Below the pieces are notes generated by a model, which was not told the DNA's origin, ran no database searches, and saw nothing but the letters and a program-made list of their open reading frames with translations. From positions 30,893 to 94,892 of IMG/VR virus record IMGVR_UViG_3300020045_007300: 64,000 nt of DNA. One strand, given 5' to 3'. The first letter of the stretch is position 1, and each line of letters opens with the position of its first letter. This document shows, in pieces, positions 62,601-64,000 of the stretch. Source of the stretch: a virus. The translations under genes were made by a program, and so were the position numbers.

Positions 62601-64000
62601 CAAGGTGATATAGAGCAGTACGCTGTTTTTAACCAGAACCAAATAAAATCCGCCACAGCAAACACAGGAGTATTCGGAAAATCAAACGACATTCGTTTCT
62701 CATTTGCAGGTGAAAACGCCCAAACAGCCGATAAATATCAACTTGCTACCGCTAAGGAACGCTTAGCCAATGGCGAGGATAAGGAAGTTGTGCGCAGGGA
62801 TACTGGGTGGTTTATGGATGCTAAGGACAAGAAATGGAAGTTTGAGATTGATGATAGTGATGCTTCATTGAAACCATCATTAAAAACACTGTCAAAGGGA
62901 GGTAGCAATAGTGGGTTAATGCAGTCTATTTCATACAAGAAAAATGACGATGGAACTTTTACTATAGATATGACAAAAAAAGACCCAAAAACATCGGGTG
63001 ATTTTATTAGCCTTGTCTCAGTATCAAGAGGGTTTATTAATTCTGTTTTACCAAAAAATATAATTGACCTAATTAATAAAAACCAAGGGGAAGATGATTA
63101 TGTTGGTGACTTTGAAAATGCAAAGGGCATAACTCAGGATTTTACAACGGAAGATTTTAACGCTATTCAGTTGGATGATGTACTAAATCACCCTACTTTA
63201 TTTGCAGCATATCCTAAGTTAAAAAACACAATGGTTACTGTTGATCCAAAAATGCAAGGAGCTAATTTTTATCAAGATGATGATGGGGATAATGTAATTA
63301 CACTTGGTAATGCTAATCAGTTAAGTAGTATTTTACACGAAATTCAACACGCCATACAAACTAAAGAGGGGTTTGCTAGTGGCGGAAGTCCAGGGCAATT
63401 TAATTACACGCAAGCACAAAAAGACGAGTTCACAAGAATAGAAGATGCCTTGGTTGTTAAAAGAATGGGTAGGAGTGATGGCGTATCCGAAGGAATTAAA
63501 AGATTTACTGAAATGGAGGGGCGACCACCTATTATTGGGGCGGCTGGTTTGGCAGATAGGACAGATGTAAAAAAACTATCTGAAATGTATCAGCAAGTAA
63601 AAACAAAATTAGGAAAACCAGAGGATAATAACCACGTTAAATATGAAAAACTAGCAGGTGAAATAGAAGCCCGTAACACCCAAGCCAGACTAGGATTAAC
63701 CGCAGAACAACGCCGTAACACACCCATAGCTGATACACAGGATATTCCAGATTCAGAGGCTATTGTGGTTTGGAATGGTAAAACGATGAATAATTCAATA
63801 CCACCTGCTAACGCATACCCCAGCAACTACTACAGTGTAGCTGAAAGATTCAATATCCCAGTTCAAGCGGTAGCAGAGATAGCGAATACACCAGTTGAGA
63901 TAATGGTCGATAACTGGAAAAATTCAATGTACCCGTCAGACACCGACAAGCCTACGGAATTTAATATAATTCCTATGGGTACTGTTGCATTATCTGGATA
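59643..64000 (+). CDS. Giant polyvalent virion protein C (partial, at least 1452 aa): four ADP-ribosyltransferase-like domains, zincin metallopeptidase, LPD23-like domain
   Basis: Hand-translated open frame from MACVYIF to the window end; YHG/WHG motifs at about 59880, 60468, 61641 and 62307; HELFH 61089; FAGENA..TGWF..WKFEIDD..HEIQH..GEIEAR. Confidence 0.9.
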   Translation, partial: MACVYIFPDGKKLSVADMDDYLKSLPHETLAKFSPVVAALLGEANSGVRFSKSPDNDVASQAKSYGINVKQNSDGSIILYHGASKKAAESIDKSQSFNEQSYFSHAKTTTGFGDSSPLYYATIKNKDGKLFKINVDPSAISFNGGTGEFYAEDGLRFDSNSGIWIAGTNQTENKPSKQPEFKVDDVYGDQVQINGNWYHAERVLGKKASEFKVGDSVKFSKSPQQTTSSTVAQVKSWLPKLVQGMLDNGKLRVVQSVNDLPAHLREAGAAMLHQVWHGSPHDHNKFDSAKIGTGEGNAMYGYGHYFTDLKDIAEWYRNNLADSKNNGKLYEVELSPTQDQYLDWDKKPKKQLINKIIKSLNNNGYEVFSYGNTIRYKKGNAEYSIDLYNGGSVYNGVAEIFSWDEKAASEFLHSIGVRGIRYKADQGKTDTNNYVIFSDDDIIITNKYSELNGIQGLYDATSDKTYLVADMLTKDNTNIVLSHELFHRFYATDPKAKAVMSKMMFSARESFDQASRGKGTKTELSAYQRVINAKTPEKDQIEEYLAYQISSFLENPKNVTPSLANLIKNWIASIRMALLRYGIDMGFVRSLTPRDLVALSQYGAKVDAIANPTGNAVLMKASKAGYEGSDTGEAFEWLRAVAKGLDMSQEARMARAKDMGFDVDKIWFHGSKSDFNEFDKNKINEDFNLFGKGFYFASMYSHASEHGKVNNFLLKANNSAKYTLTLQKEADDMGINVSDYVKLKGFDSIIQGDRFNAQIVIFDSNKIRSEDAAFDPDFADSHNLLASTSDKDLETLLSTYANENGAPSRVELAEALRQYRTIESQYFNADGTPKEGAMVAPNGKPTNLNRQQWIAVRTENFKNWFGRWDSDPENSSKVIDDNGDPLVVYHGTDADFSEFNLNYFGKSDVGLIGKAFYFASKMPVINMIYANKSNGLAMPVFLNISSPYTFLNGKSSDGTGLMKTYGSKVFAKKMQSKGYDGVAFSDQGDIEQYAVFNQNQIKSATANTGVFGKSNDIRFSFAGENAQTADKYQLATAKERLANGEDKEVVRRDTGWFMDAKDKKWKFEIDDSDASLKPSLKTLSKGGSNSGLMQSISYKKNDDGTFTIDMTKKDPKTSGDFISLVSVSRGFINSVLPKNIIDLINKNQGEDDYVGDFENAKGITQDFTTEDFNAIQLDDVLNHPTLFAAYPKLKNTMVTVDPKMQGANFYQDDDGDNVITLGNANQLSSILHEIQHAIQTKEGFASGGSPGQFNYTQAQKDEFTRIEDALVVKRMGRSDGVSEGIKRFTEMEGRPPIIGAAGLADRTDVKKLSEMYQQVKTKLGKPEDNNHVKYEKLAGEIEARNTQARLGLTAEQRRNTPIADTQDIPDSEAIVVWNGKTMNNSIPPANAYPSNYYSVAERFNIPVQAVAEIANTPVEIMVDNWKNSMYPSDTDKPTEFNIIPMGTVALSG

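Larger units (their letters stand above)
1..64000. mobile_element. Tailed dsDNA bacteriophage genome segment (podovirus-like, with large internal/ejection polyvalent proteins)
   Basis: TerS-TerL-portal-scaffold-capsid order; no tape-measure or sheath genes seen; giant A/G/Q-rich internal proteins; dense small phage ORFs; no host housekeeping operons. Confidence 0.95.

Overview
A 64-kb segment of an AT-rich, podovirus-like tailed dsDNA phage, probably infecting a Proteobacterium (inferred from ProQ/FinO, NrdJb, Nin-like genes and sigma70-type promoters). The left part is a + strand packaging and virion module: TerS, TerL, portal, scaffold, major capsid, decoration, adaptor, tail proteins and fibre. 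It is interrupted by small self-promoted inserts (HNH-AP2, Rha/ANT), a tnpB-only IS200/IS605 element and a block of small early genes. The right part has three giant + strand internal-virion or polyvalent protein genes (30135-37283, 43675-48780, and 59643 to beyond the window end; the third is missing from the ORF track). They are separated by minus-strand early-gene blocks and accessory genes (ferritin, ProQ/FinO, DUF262, PhoH, a beta-helix protein, a tRNA/tRNA-like array, antirepressors). Top observations: (1) the three giants contain only four cysteines in about 5,500 residues, all at facing termini, which suggests a head-to-tail disulfide-linked protein chain encoded by dispersed genes; (2) a complete HNH gene with its own promoter lies antisense and codon-in-register inside the second giant, and avoids every codon that would put a stop or a Cys into the host frame; (3) several repeated structured non-coding elements: two homologous ~650-nt kissing-loop RNAs, five covarying anti-SD leaders, and nine GNRA hairpins marking virion genes. 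All calls come from motif recognition and hand translation; no database searches were run.
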